From contig DATCMB010000006.1 of the NCBI GenBank assembly GCA_036563615.1, positions 130,149 through 194,148 of the forward strand: DNA of 64,000 bases. Reading direction: 5' to 3'. The position numbers and the translations under genes are program-made. This document shows, piece after piece, positions 49,395-61,227 of this stretch. The notes under the pieces were generated by a model. That model was not told where the DNA came from. It ran no database searches and saw only the letters and a list, made by a program, of their open reading frames with translations. Position 1 is the stretch's first letter. Each line of letters starts with the position of its first letter. The DNA is from Candidatus Binatia bacterium (GTDB taxonomy: Bacteria > Desulfobacterota > Binatia > UBA12015).

Positions 49395-51335
49395 ATGAAC
49401 GACCTGCTCCGGCTGCAACCGTACTCGCTGCGGATCCTCTACCGCGTGGACGGCGTGCCGCGGGTCGCGGCGACGGCGATCGACCCCGTCGGACGCGGCG
49501 TCGGCGTGGTGCAGGGCGCGAACGACGACCTCGAGTGGACGGTGCGCCTCGAGCGCGACGACGCGAGCTTGGTCGTCGAGCCGCGCGTCACCTCGCTGCG
49601 GCTCGGCGTCCGTCTCGACGCGATCGAGCCGCTGCGCGCGGTCGGCTCGCTCGACGCGCGTGAGGCGCGCGCGCTGCACAACGGCTGGCAGAGCTGGTCG
49701 GCGTTCCTCGGCGTCGAGGCGGACGCCGTCGTGCCGCGGCCGCGCTGGCGTCTGATCGATCGCATCACGTCGAGCCCGAGCACGGCGCCGAGTGCGCGCG
49801 GCGAGATCTGGTCGGAGCTCGTTACCGCGCTCGTCGCCGCGAACGGCGGCGCCGCGGTCGTCGCGGGCTACCTGCGTGCGGCGTCGCAGTTCGGCGGCTT
49901 CGAAGTCGTGCTGCGTCGGGGCGAGCCGCCGGCGCTGATCGCGCGCCTGCCGTTCGACGGCGTGCCGCTGCCGCCGGGCGAGACGCGCGCGGGCGAGCCG
50001 CTGCTCGTCCTCGCCGGCGACGAGCCGACCGCGTTGCTCGAGGACTGGGCCGCGCGTCTCGCGCGCGCGAGCGGCGCGCGCGTCCCTGGCGCGTCGGTCG
50101 TCGGCTGGTGCTCGTGGTACGAGCACTTCGAGCGCATCTCCGAGCCGGTGATCGCGCGCAACCTCGAGCAGGCGGCGGCGCTGCGCGAGCGCCTCGACCT
50201 CGAGCTCTTCCAGATCGACGACGGCTACCAGGCGGCGATCGGCGACTGGCTCACGCCGGCGCGCAAGCGCTTCGCGCGCGGCGTCAAGCACTTCGTGCCG
50301 CGCATCGTCGAGCGCGGGCTCACGCCGGGCCTGTGGCTCGCGCCGTTTCTCGCCGCGCGCCGCGCGCAGGTCGCGCGCGAGCATCCCGACTGGCTGCTGC
50401 GCGACCTCTACGGACGCGTCGTGCCGGCGATCTACAACCCGCGCTGGTCGCGCGTCTCGACCGCGGCGGCGCTCGACCCGACGCACCCCGGGGTGCAGGA
50501 GCACGTCGCGTCGGTGTGCGCGACGCTGACGCGTGAGTGGGGCTTCCGCTTCCTGAAGCTCGACTTCCTCTACGCCGCGTCGCTGCCCGGCGCGCGTCAC
50601 GACCCGCGCGCGACCAACGCCGAGGCGCTGCGCACCGGGCTCGAGGCGATCCGTCGCGCGGTCGGCGACGAGGTGCGGCTGCTCGGCTGCGGCTGCCCGC
50701 TCGGGCCCGCGATCGGCGTCGTCGATCTCATGCGGATCGGGCCGGACGTGGCGCCGACGTGGAGCGACTGGCTCGCGCGCAACCTCGGGCGCGACGTCGG
50801 CCTGCCCGCGACGCGCAACGCGGTGCGCAACTCGATCGGGCGCGCGTTCCTGCACGGCGTCGCGTGGGGCAACGACCCGGACTGCCTGCTGGTGCGCAAG
50901 CGGCGCTCGCGCCTCAGCGACGACGAGGTGCTGACGCTCGCGACGACGGTCGCGCTCGCCGGCGGCAGCGTGCTGCTGTCGGACGATCTCGCGGCGCTGC
51001 CCGAGGAGCGCGTCGCGATCGCGCAGCGCGTGCTCGAGATCCATCGCGAACTCGCGCCGGGCGGGCGTCGCGCGCTCGATCCGGCGACGCCCGGCTTCCC
51101 GCGCCTGCTGCTCGCGCCGCGGCGCGACGGCGGCGTCTACCTCGCGGTCGTGAACCCCGACGATGCGCCGCGCGCCACGACCGTGCGGCTCGACGAGCTG
51201 CCGCTGCCGCCCGCCGCGTGGCGCGCGGCGCGCGTGCGCGACGTCTGGAGCGGCGCCGAGCTGCCGGCCGTGGACGGCACGATCGATCTCGGCGTGCTGC
51301 CTCCGCACGCGAGCCGGCTCCTGCAGGTCGCTTGA
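49395..51335 (+). CDS. Glycoside hydrolase clan GH-D, GH36-like (alpha-galactosidase-family) enzyme
   Basis: GWCSWYEHF, FQIDDGYQ, and the KLDF (KxD nucleophile) motif characteristic of GH36/GH27 catalytic barrels. Confidence 0.75.
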   Translation: MNDLLRLQPYSLRILYRVDGVPRVAATAIDPVGRGVGVVQGANDDLEWTVRLERDDASLVVEPRVTSLRLGVRLDAIEPLRAVGSLDAREARALHNGWQSWSAFLGVEADAVVPRPRWRLIDRITSSPSTAPSARGEIWSELVTALVAANGGAAVVAGYLRAASQFGGFEVVLRRGEPPALIARLPFDGVPLPPGETRAGEPLLVLAGDEPTALLEDWAARLARASGARVPGASVVGWCSWYEHFERISEPVIARNLEQAAALRERLDLELFQIDDGYQAAIGDWLTPARKRFARGVKHFVPRIVERGLTPGLWLAPFLAARRAQVAREHPDWLLRDLYGRVVPAIYNPRWSRVSTAAALDPTHPGVQEHVASVCATLTREWGFRFLKLDFLYAASLPGARHDPRATNAEALRTGLEAIRRAVGDEVRLLGCGCPLGPAIGVVDLMRIGPDVAPTWSDWLARNLGRDVGLPATRNAVRNSIGRAFLHGVAWGNDPDCLLVRKRRSRLSDDEVLTLATTVALAGGSVLLSDDLAALPEERVAIAQRVLEIHRELAPGGRRALDPATPGFPRLLLAPRRDGGVYLAVVNPDDAPRATTVRLDELPLPPAAWRAARVRDVWSGAELPAVDGTIDLGVLPPHASRLLQVA

Positions 51336-51427
51336 GGCGCGCGTCGGACGATCCGCGCTGCGCGCCTCGTGCGAATCCGGAGGCACGCGGCGCTTGCTCT
51401 GCCGCGCCCGGCGTGGTCGGTGGCGAC

Positions 51428-53509
<2,082 letters not shown>

Positions 53510-53555
53510 CGCGCGCGGCGTTGACCGCGGCCCCGTCGCGCGACAGTCCTTGTGC

Positions 53556-54755
53556 ATGCGGCTCGTGCCGATGCTCGTGCTCTGCCTCGTCGCCGCCTGC
53601 ACCCGCGGACCTGCGCCGCTGACGCTCGCCGTCGGCCTGCTGCCCGGCGAGCTCGCGCCCTACCGCGCGGTGATCGCCGACTTCGAGCGCGAGACCGGCG
53701 AGCGCGTCGTCGTCGTGCCGCAGCAGTACGCCGACATCCGACGCGCGCTCGCCGCCGAGAGCGCGGCGGAGCGCGGCACGCTCGACCTCGTCGAGCTCGA
53801 CGTCTACTCGCTCGCGCCCGCGGCGAACGACGTGCGCGTGCTCGACGAAGCCGCGCTCGGCGACGTCCTCGAGGCGCTCGAGCCCGCCACCGTGCGCGCC
53901 GGCACCATCGACGGGCTGCGCTTCCTGCCGCACCGCGTGTCGTGGCAGGCGCTGCTCTACGATCACGCGCGTCTGGGCGCGCCGCCCGCGACCTGGGACG
54001 AGCTGCTCGCGGTGGCGCGCGCGCACCCGGGCAAGATCGGCTTCAAGGCGTCGCGCTACGAGGGCCTCACCTGCGACGTGCTGCCGTTCGTCTGGTCGGC
54101 GGGCGGCGACGGGACGTCGTTCGACGACGCCGGCGCGCGCGCCGCGTTCGCGCTGTTCGAGCAGCTCGCGCCCTACGTCAACCCGCAGAGCGCGACCTTC
54201 AAGGAGGCGACCATCGTCGAGGCGATGGCGCGCGGCGAGCTCGTGCTGCACCTCAACTGGCCGTTCGCGATCTCGGTGCTCGCGGACCAGGGTCTCGCGC
54301 CCGAGCCGATCCGCGCGGCGCCGCTGCCCGCCGGACCGCAGGGACGCGCGACCGTGCTCGGCGGCGGCTACCTCGCGCTCGCGCGCAACACGGCGCGTCC
54401 GGACGCCGCGCTGCGGCTCGCACGTTACCTCCTGTCACGCGAGGTGCAGGAGCGGCTCGGGCGCGAGCTCGGCTGGTTCTCGGCGCGGCGCGACGTGCCG
54501 CCGGGCGAGGGCAGCCCGCTGCTCGCCGGCTTCGCGGCGATGCGCGGCGCCCTGCGCTCGCGCCCGGAGCGCCCGGACTACCCGGCGCTGAGCCGCGCCT
54601 GGCAGGAGGCGTTTCGCGCCGTGGTGTTCGACGGCGTGGCGCCGGACGCAGCGCTCGCCGCGGCGCGCGAGCGGACGCGCGCGGCGCGGACGCCGGCTCC
54701 CGCAGCAGCCGCTGCAGCTCGCCGCGCAGACGCGCTCGGGAGCGGCGACGCGTGA
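53556..54755 (+). CDS. Sugar ABC transporter substrate-binding lipoprotein (CUT1 family)
   Basis: LVAAC lipobox plus the family 1 extracellular solute-binding protein pattern. Confidence 0.8.
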   Translation: MRLVPMLVLCLVAACTRGPAPLTLAVGLLPGELAPYRAVIADFERETGERVVVVPQQYADIRRALAAESAAERGTLDLVELDVYSLAPAANDVRVLDEAALGDVLEALEPATVRAGTIDGLRFLPHRVSWQALLYDHARLGAPPATWDELLAVARAHPGKIGFKASRYEGLTCDVLPFVWSAGGDGTSFDDAGARAAFALFEQLAPYVNPQSATFKEATIVEAMARGELVLHLNWPFAISVLADQGLAPEPIRAAPLPAGPQGRATVLGGGYLALARNTARPDAALRLARYLLSREVQERLGRELGWFSARRDVPPGEGSPLLAGFAAMRGALRSRPERPDYPALSRAWQEAFRAVVFDGVAPDAALAAARERTRAARTPAPAAAAAARRADALGSGDA

Positions 54756-55600
54756 GCAGCGGGCTTGCGCGCCTCGCGACGCGGCGCCTGCTCGGTCTGC
54801 CGCTCGCGCTCTACCTGCTCGCGTTCCTCGCCTATCCGAGCGCGTACGCCGTCAAGCTCGCCCTCACCGACGGCGCGACCGGCGCCTTCCCGACGCTCGA
54901 GCCGCTGCGCGCGCTCGCGGGCGATCGTCTCTTTTGGCAGGCGATCGCGGGCAACCTCGTCGTGCCGCTCGCGAGCGTCGCGCTCGAGCTCGTCGCGGGG
55001 CTCGGGCTCGCGCTGCTGCTCGCGGCGCGCATCCCCGGACGGCGGCTCCTGCGCGCGTCGATCGTGATCCCGTTCGCGCTGCCGGAGATCGTATTCTTGA
55101 CGATCGTGCGGACGCTGCTCGCGCCGCGCGGCTACGTGAACGGCGCGCTGGATGCGGCCGGTGTGGGCACCGTGCACTTCCTGCTGCCCGGCGACTGGCT
55201 CGCGTACGCGACCGTGATCGTGGTCGACGCCTGGCGCACCACGCCGGTCGTGTTCCTGATCCTGCTCGGCGCGCTCGGCGCGCTGCCGCGCGAGGTCGGC
55301 GAGGCGGCGCGTCTCGACGGCGCGGGCGCGCTGCGCCGGCTGTGGTTCGTCACGCTGCCGCTGCTCGCGCCGGCGATCGTCGCCGCGGTGCTGCTGCGCG
55401 GGCTCGACGCGCTGCGCATCTTCGCAGCACCCCTCGTGCTCGCCGGCGTCGAGGGCGTGCCGGTGCTGTCGACGTACGCCTACCACCAGTGGTCGGACTA
55501 CGGCGACGACGGCGCCGCCGCCGCGGCGTCGCTCGTGCTCGCCGTGCTGTGCGTCGTCGCGAGCGTGCCGCTGCTGCGGCGTCGCGCGGAGGCCGCATGA
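54752..55600 (+). CDS. Sugar ABC transporter permease (MalF/UgpA-like)
   Basis: 6 TM helices and the EAA loop (EAARLDGAGALRR). GTG overlaps the SBP stop. Confidence 0.8.
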   Translation: MSSGLARLATRRLLGLPLALYLLAFLAYPSAYAVKLALTDGATGAFPTLEPLRALAGDRLFWQAIAGNLVVPLASVALELVAGLGLALLLAARIPGRRLLRASIVIPFALPEIVFLTIVRTLLAPRGYVNGALDAAGVGTVHFLLPGDWLAYATVIVVDAWRTTPVVFLILLGALGALPREVGEAARLDGAGALRRLWFVTLPLLAPAIVAAVLLRGLDALRIFAAPLVLAGVEGVPVLSTYAYHQWSDYGDDGAAAAASLVLAVLCVVASVPLLRRRAEAA

Positions 55601-56430
55601 GCGCTGCTCGCTCCCGCCGCCACGGCCGCGGACGCCTCGTGCGCTTCCTGCTCGCGAGCGCAGCCGCGCTGGTGTCGCTGCTGCCGCTCGCGGTCATCGT
55701 CAAGCAAGCGTTCACGCCCGACCGCGAGAGCTTCGCCTGGCCGCCGACGTACCTTCCGCGCACGCTGACGCTCGAGAACTTCGCCGCGATCGCGGACGCG
55801 GTCGAGGTCGCGAGCGGCTTCGTGATGAGCGTGTCGGTCGCGCTGGTCTCGGTCGTGCTGGCGCTCGCGCTCGCGCTGCCGGCGGCGTGGCTCGCGGCGC
55901 GCGACGTGCCGGCCGGACGCGGGCTCGATCTACTCGTCGTGCTGGCGCGCATCTTTCCCGCGATCGCGGTCGCGGTGCCGCTCGCGGTGCTGCTCGTGCG
56001 CGCGGGGCTGTACAACAGCCCGATCGGCGCCGGCCTCTGGTTCGCGCACGCGCTGCTCGGGCTGCCGATCGCGTTCCTCGTGCTGCGCGCCGGCTTCCGC
56101 GCTGTGCCGCGCGAGCTCGAGGAGGCGGCGCGGCTCGACGGCGCGCGTCCGCTCGCGGTGTTCTGGCGCGTGACGCTGCCGCTCGTGCGTCCGCAGCTCG
56201 CCACCGCGGCGCTGCTCGTCTTCCTCGCCTCGTGGGACGAGCTCACCTACGCGCTGCTCCTGCAGGTGACGAACCGCACGCTGCCGCCGCTCCTCTACTA
56301 TCTCTCGGCGTTCGGCTTCCCCGGGCTGTCGAGCGCGGTCGGGGTGATCATGCTGCTGCCGGCGCTGGCGCTGGTCGTCGTGCTCGAGCGCGCGTTCCGC
56401 TCGGGCCTGCTCTCGGGGAGCGGACGCTGA
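55597..56430 (+). CDS. Sugar ABC transporter permease (MalG/UgpE-like)
   Basis: 6 TM helices and the EAA loop (EAARLDGARPLAVFWR). The ATG overlaps the previous stop (ATGA). Confidence 0.8.
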   Translation: MSAARSRRHGRGRLVRFLLASAAALVSLLPLAVIVKQAFTPDRESFAWPPTYLPRTLTLENFAAIADAVEVASGFVMSVSVALVSVVLALALALPAAWLAARDVPAGRGLDLLVVLARIFPAIAVAVPLAVLLVRAGLYNSPIGAGLWFAHALLGLPIAFLVLRAGFRAVPRELEEAARLDGARPLAVFWRVTLPLVRPQLATAALLVFLASWDELTYALLLQVTNRTLPPLLYYLSAFGFPGLSSAVGVIMLLPALALVVVLERAFRSGLLSGSGR

Positions 56431-57527
56431 TGGCGCGCGCCACGATCGAGGGGCTCGAGAAGCGCTTCGGCGACGTCGCCGTGCTGCACGCCTTCTCGCT
56501 CACCGCCGAGGACGGCGAGCTGGTGACGGTGCTCGGGCCTTCGGGCTGCGGCAAGTCGACGCTGCTGCGCCTGATCGCGGGGCTCGAGGAGCCGAGCGCC
56601 GGCACGATCGCGCTCGACGGACGGCGGATCGACCATCTGCCGCCGCACGAGCGCGACGTCGCGATGGTGTTCCAGAGCTACGCGCTCTATCCGCACATGA
56701 CGGTGCGCGCGAACATCGAGTTCCCGCTGCGCATGCGCGGCGTCGGACGCGACGAGCGGCGCAAGCAGGCGGAGGAGGTCGCCGAGCTGCTCGAGCTCGG
56801 CGCGCTGCTCGACCGCAAGCCGGGCGCGCTGTCCGGCGGCCAGCGTCAGCGGGTCGCGCTGGCGCGCGCGCTGGTCCGCCGTCCGGCGCTGTTCCTGCTC
56901 GACGAGCCGCTCTCCAACCTCGACGCGCGCCTGCGCGAGAGCGTGCGGCGCTACATCCGCGACGTGCAGCGGCGCCTGGGCGTGACGACGCTCTACGTGA
57001 CGCACGACCAGACCGAGGCGATGACGCTCGGCGACCGCGTCGTCGTGCTCGAGCGTGGGCGCGTCCAGCAGTGCGACACGCCGGTCGAGGTCTACGAGCG
57101 TCCGGCGAACGCCTTCGTCGCGGGCTTCGTCGGCACGCCGCCGATGAACCTGCTGCGCGCACGCTACGAGGACGGCGTGCTCACGCTCGGCGACTTGCGC
57201 TTGACGCTCGACGAGGCGACGCGCCGCGCGCTCGCCCGTGCGGGCGAGCGCGAGCTGCTGGTCGGCGTGCGCCCCGAGGCCTTCGTCGCCTGCGACGACG
57301 CGTCGACGCGGGAAGGCGCGGACGGCGCGATGCTGGTCGCGACCGTCGACCCGGCGTCGCGCGAGTGGCTCGGCGGCGAGACGCTGCTGCGCGCCTCGCT
57401 CGGCGGCGAGACCGTCACCGCGCGCCTTTTCGGCGCGCTGCCCGCGGCGCCCGCGCGCGTCGCGGCGCCGCTGGGCGCGCTGCACTTCTTCGCTGCCCTC
57501 GACGGCCGGCGACTCGCGCCGCAATGA
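56430..57527 (+). CDS. Sugar ABC transporter ATP-binding protein (MalK/UgpC-like)
   Basis: Walker A (GPSGCGKST), LSGGQRQR signature, Walker B (LLDEPLSNLD), and a C-terminal MalK-type regulatory domain. Start overlaps the previous stop (TGATG). Confidence 0.9.
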   Translation: MARATIEGLEKRFGDVAVLHAFSLTAEDGELVTVLGPSGCGKSTLLRLIAGLEEPSAGTIALDGRRIDHLPPHERDVAMVFQSYALYPHMTVRANIEFPLRMRGVGRDERRKQAEEVAELLELGALLDRKPGALSGGQRQRVALARALVRRPALFLLDEPLSNLDARLRESVRRYIRDVQRRLGVTTLYVTHDQTEAMTLGDRVVVLERGRVQQCDTPVEVYERPANAFVAGFVGTPPMNLLRARYEDGVLTLGDLRLTLDEATRRALARAGERELLVGVRPEAFVACDDASTREGADGAMLVATVDPASREWLGGETLLRASLGGETVTARLFGALPAAPARVAAPLGALHFFAALDGRRLAPQ

Positions 57528-58903
57528 GCGCACCGAGCGCACCGCGCACGCCGAGCACGCTCGACGAGCGCAACGACGCCGACGAGCACGCCTTCGTCCG
57601 CCACCCGCACCGGACGATGCTCGCGCTGTCCTTTCCGGTGCTGCTGTCGCTGATCGCCGAGCCGCTCACCGGACTCGCCGACACCGCGTTCGTCGCGCGC
57701 CTCGGCGCAACCCCGCTCGCCGCGCTCGGCGTGGCGACGGTGCTGCTGTCGAGCATCTTCTGGGTGTTCAACTTCCTCGGCATCGGCACGCAGACGGCGG
57801 TCGCGCGCGCGCACGGCGGACGGCAGCCGCGCGACGCGGCGGAGGCGATCGCGACCGCGCTGCTCACGGCGCTCGTGCTCGGCACGACGCTCGCGATCGT
57901 CGCCTGGCCGTTTCTCGATGCGCTCGTGCAGTTCATGGGCGCGGGCGGCGAGCTGCGCGCCGACGCGATCGCGTACCTGCGCATCCGCTTTCTCGGCGCG
58001 CCGGCGGTGCTGGTCACGATCGTCGCGTTCGGCGCGCTGCGCGGCGTGCAGGACATGCGCACGCCGCTGCGGATCGCGGTCGCGGTGAACGTGGCGAACG
58101 TCATCCTGGACGCGCTGCTGATCTTCGGCGCGGGTCCGGTGCCCGCGCTCGGCGTCGCGGGCGCGGCGTGGGCGACGACGGTGAGCCAGGTGGCCGGAGC
58201 GGTGTGGGCCGTCCTCGCCGCGCGGCGCGTGCTCGGGCCGCTCGCGCGCGTCCGCCTCCGCGGCGTGCTCGCGCTGCTCGTCGTCGGGCGCGACCTCGTC
58301 CTGCGCACCGGCCTGCTGCTGCTTTTCGTGCTGCTCGCGACGCGCGCGGCGACGCTCGCCGGGCCGGACTCCGGCGCCGCGCACCAGGCGATCCGCCAGG
58401 TGTGGATGCTGACCGCGCTCGTGCTCGACGCCTACGCCGCGACCGCGCAGACGCTCGTCGGCTACTTCCTCGGCGCGCGGCGGACGGCCCTCGCACGGCG
58501 CGTCGCCGCCGTCGGCTGCCGCTGGGGCGTCGCGACGGGCGTGCTGCTCGCGGTGGCGATGCTCGCGTCGCGCGAGCAGGTCGCGTGGCTGCTCGTCCCG
58601 ACCGCGGCGCAGGCGGCGTTCGCGTCGGCGTGGACGGTCGCGGCGCTCGCGCAGCCGCTCAACGCGCTGTCGTTCGTCACCGACGGCGTGCACTGGGGGA
58701 CGGGCGACTTCCGCTGGCTGCGCAACGCGATGCTGCTCGCGACCGCGAGCGGCGCCGTGGCGCTCGCCATGATCGACGTGCACGGCGCGCGCGCGCTGCT
58801 CGACGTGTGGCTCGTGACCGCGGCGTGGATCGCGATCCGCGCCGCGTTCGGCATCGTGCGCGTGTGGCCGGGTGTCGGCAGCGCGCCGCTCGCTCGATTC
58901 TGA
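57524..58903 (+). CDS. MATE-family efflux transporter
   Basis: 12 TM helices. MATE (DinF/NorM-like) repeat architecture. The ATG overlaps the ABC ATPase stop (ATGA). Confidence 0.8.
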   Translation: MSAPSAPRTPSTLDERNDADEHAFVRHPHRTMLALSFPVLLSLIAEPLTGLADTAFVARLGATPLAALGVATVLLSSIFWVFNFLGIGTQTAVARAHGGRQPRDAAEAIATALLTALVLGTTLAIVAWPFLDALVQFMGAGGELRADAIAYLRIRFLGAPAVLVTIVAFGALRGVQDMRTPLRIAVAVNVANVILDALLIFGAGPVPALGVAGAAWATTVSQVAGAVWAVLAARRVLGPLARVRLRGVLALLVVGRDLVLRTGLLLLFVLLATRAATLAGPDSGAAHQAIRQVWMLTALVLDAYAATAQTLVGYFLGARRTALARRVAAVGCRWGVATGVLLAVAMLASREQVAWLLVPTAAQAAFASAWTVAALAQPLNALSFVTDGVHWGTGDFRWLRNAMLLATASGAVALAMIDVHGARALLDVWLVTAAWIAIRAAFGIVRVWPGVGSAPLARF

Positions 58904-58921
58904 TTTGCGCCGCCGCCGCCT

Positions 58922-58949
58922 TTCCGTCCTCACCGGCCGCGGGTACAAT
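58922..58949 (+). promoter_or_regulatory. Candidate sigma-70-like promoter upstream of otsA-otsB (TTCCGT-N16-TACAAT)
   Basis: Hexamers with 16-nt spacing lie about 60 nt upstream of the start at 59011. Assignment is by eye only. Confidence 0.25.
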
Positions 58950-59010
58950 GCAGTGTCCCGCCCCTTGCGCGTGTCTCGCGCCGGACCGGATCCGGGCGGA
59001 GCGACCTGCG

Positions 59011-61218
59011 ATGTCCCGCTTGTTGATCGTGTCGAATCGCCTGCCCTTGACGCTCAAGACCGAGGGCGAGGTGACGCGCGTCGAGCGCAGCGCGGGCGGA
59101 CTTGCGACCGGGCTCGCCGGACCGCACGCGCGCTCCGACGGGCTGTGGATCGGCTGGCCGGGCGACGTCGGCGAGCTCACCGAGGGACAGCGCGAGCAGC
59201 TCCAGTCCGAGCTCGCCGACCAGCGCTTCGTGCCGGTGTGGCTCGAGGCGGAGGACGTGCGGCAGTTCTACGCCGGCTTCTCGAACAGCGTCCTGTGGCC
59301 GCTGTTCCACTACCTGCTCGATCAGCTGCCGCTGCACCCTGGCGGGTGGGAGGCGTACGAGCGCGTCAACGAGCGCTTCGCCGAGGAGGTCGCGCAGCGC
59401 TACAAGCCGGGCGACGTCATCTGGGTGCACGACTACCAGCTCATGCTCGTGCCGCAGATGCTGCGTCGCCGCATTCCGGAAGCGCGCATCGGCTTCTTCC
59501 TGCACATTCCGTTTCCCGCTTCGGAGATCTTCCGCACGCTGCCGCACCGCGAGCGCATCCTCGAAGGTCTGCTCGGCGCCGATCTGGTCGGCTTCCACAC
59601 GGCGTCGTACATGCGCGCGTTCGCGTCGTCGCTGCTGCTCGTGCTCGGGCTCGCGGCGAACGTCGACCGCGTGCGCACGGGGCAGCGCGAGGTGCGGCTC
59701 GGCGTCTTCCCGATGGGCGTCGACGCCGAGAACTTCGGCGACCTCGCGAGCCGTCCGGAGGTCGCGGCCGAGGTCGCGGCGCTGCGCGGTTCGGACGGCT
59801 GCTCGCTGCTCGTCGGCATCGATCGCCTCGACTACACCAAGGGCATCCCGCGCCGCCTGCTCGCCTTCGAGCAGCTGCTGCGCGACCACCCGAGCCTGAT
59901 CGAGCGCGTCCGCATGATCCAGGTCGCGGTGCCGTCGCGCGAGCAGGTGGGCGCCTACCAGGAGTTCCGCGGTCAAGTCGAGGCGCTGATCGGCCGCATC
60001 AACGGCGCCTTCGGCACGCCGCGCTGGGTGCCGATCCACTACATCTACCGCGGTCTCGCCGAGCACGAGGTGGTGGCGCTCTACCGCGCCGCCGACGTGC
60101 TCGTCGTGACGCCGCTGCGCGACGGCATGAACCTCGTCGCGAAGGAGTTCATCGCCTCGCGCACCGACGAGGAGGGCGTGCTCGTGCTGAGCGAGCTCGC
60201 GGGCGCCGCGTCCGAGCTCGCCGAGGCGATCATCGTCAATCCGTACGACGTCGAGGGCACGGCGGACGCGCTGCGCCGCGCGCTGACCATGCCGGGCGCC
60301 GAGCGTCGCGCGCGCATGCGCGCCCTGCGTCGCCGCGTGCGCACCTACGACGTGCACTCCTGGGTGCGCTCGTTCCTGCGCGCGCTCGACGAGTCCGGGT
60401 CGCCGGTCGAGCTCAGCGCGCTCGCGATGACGCCGTCGTGGCAGCTCGAGCGCGTCATCGACCGCATCCGTCGGGCGGAGAAGCTGCTCCTGCTGCTCGA
60501 CTACGACGGCACGCTCGTGCCGTACGCCAGCGTGCCGGAGCTCGCGATGCCCGACGAGAACCTGCTCGCGCTGCTCGCCGCGCTCGCGGCGCGGCCGGGG
60601 ACGGAGGTTCATCTCGTGAGCGGCAGCTCGCGCGAGGTGGTGGAGACCTGGTTCGGCGACCTGCCGGTGAGCCTGTACGCCGAGCACGGCTTCTGGTCGC
60701 GGCCGCCGCGCTCGCTCGAGTGGACGCGTCACCCGATGCCGCCGCAGGAGTGGCGCGAGCAGGTGCGGCCGATCCTCGAGAACTTCAGCGCTCGCACGCC
60801 GGGCTCGCTGATCGAGGAGAAGACGGCGTCGATCGCGTGGCACTACCGCATGGCCGAGCCGGTGTTCGGCGCCTTCCAGGCGAACGAGCTGCGCATCCAC
60901 CTGACGCAGCTTCTCAGCAACGTGCCGATCGAGGTGCTGAACGACGACGAGGACAAGGTCATCGAGCTGCGTCCGTTCGGCATCAACAAGCGCTCGCTGC
61001 TCGCGCCGCTGCTCGCGCGCGTCACCGACGACACGCTGGTGGTTGCGATGGGCGACGACCGCACGGACGAGGAGCTGTTCGCGGCGCTGCCCGCGGGCGC
61101 GCTGACCGTGCACGTCGGGCCCGGGCCGAGCCGCGCCGAGGTCCGCTTGCCGAACGTCGACGCCGCGCGCCGCATGCTCGAGGCGCTGCTCGAGACGCAG
61201 GCGGCGGTCGCGGTCTGA
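59011..61218 (+). CDS. otsA: Bifunctional trehalose-6-phosphate synthase (GT20, OtsA) / trehalose-6-phosphate phosphatase (HAD, OtsB)
   Basis: N-terminal OtsA region ([16 protein letters not shown], catalytic core) joined to a C-terminal HAD phosphatase ([16 protein letters not shown]). Confidence 0.9.
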   Translation: MSRLLIVSNRLPLTLKTEGEVTRVERSAGGLATGLAGPHARSDGLWIGWPGDVGELTEGQREQLQSELADQRFVPVWLEAEDVRQFYAGFSNSVLWPLFHYLLDQLPLHPGGWEAYERVNERFAEEVAQRYKPGDVIWVHDYQLMLVPQMLRRRIPEARIGFFLHIPFPASEIFRTLPHRERILEGLLGADLVGFHTASYMRAFASSLLLVLGLAANVDRVRTGQREVRLGVFPMGVDAENFGDLASRPEVAAEVAALRGSDGCSLLVGIDRLDYTKGIPRRLLAFEQLLRDHPSLIERVRMIQVAVPSREQVGAYQEFRGQVEALIGRINGAFGTPRWVPIHYIYRGLAEHEVVALYRAADVLVVTPLRDGMNLVAKEFIASRTDEEGVLVLSELAGAASELAEAIIVNPYDVEGTADALRRALTMPGAERRARMRALRRRVRTYDVHSWVRSFLRALDESGSPVELSALAMTPSWQLERVIDRIRRAEKLLLLLDYDGTLVPYASVPELAMPDENLLALLAALAARPGTEVHLVSGSSREVVETWFGDLPVSLYAEHGFWSRPPRSLEWTRHPMPPQEWREQVRPILENFSARTPGSLIEEKTASIAWHYRMAEPVFGAFQANELRIHLTQLLSNVPIEVLNDDEDKVIELRPFGINKRSLLAPLLARVTDDTLVVAMGDDRTDEELFAALPAGALTVHVGPGPSRAEVRLPNVDAARRMLEALLETQAAVAV

Positions 61219-61227
61219 CCTCGGCCC

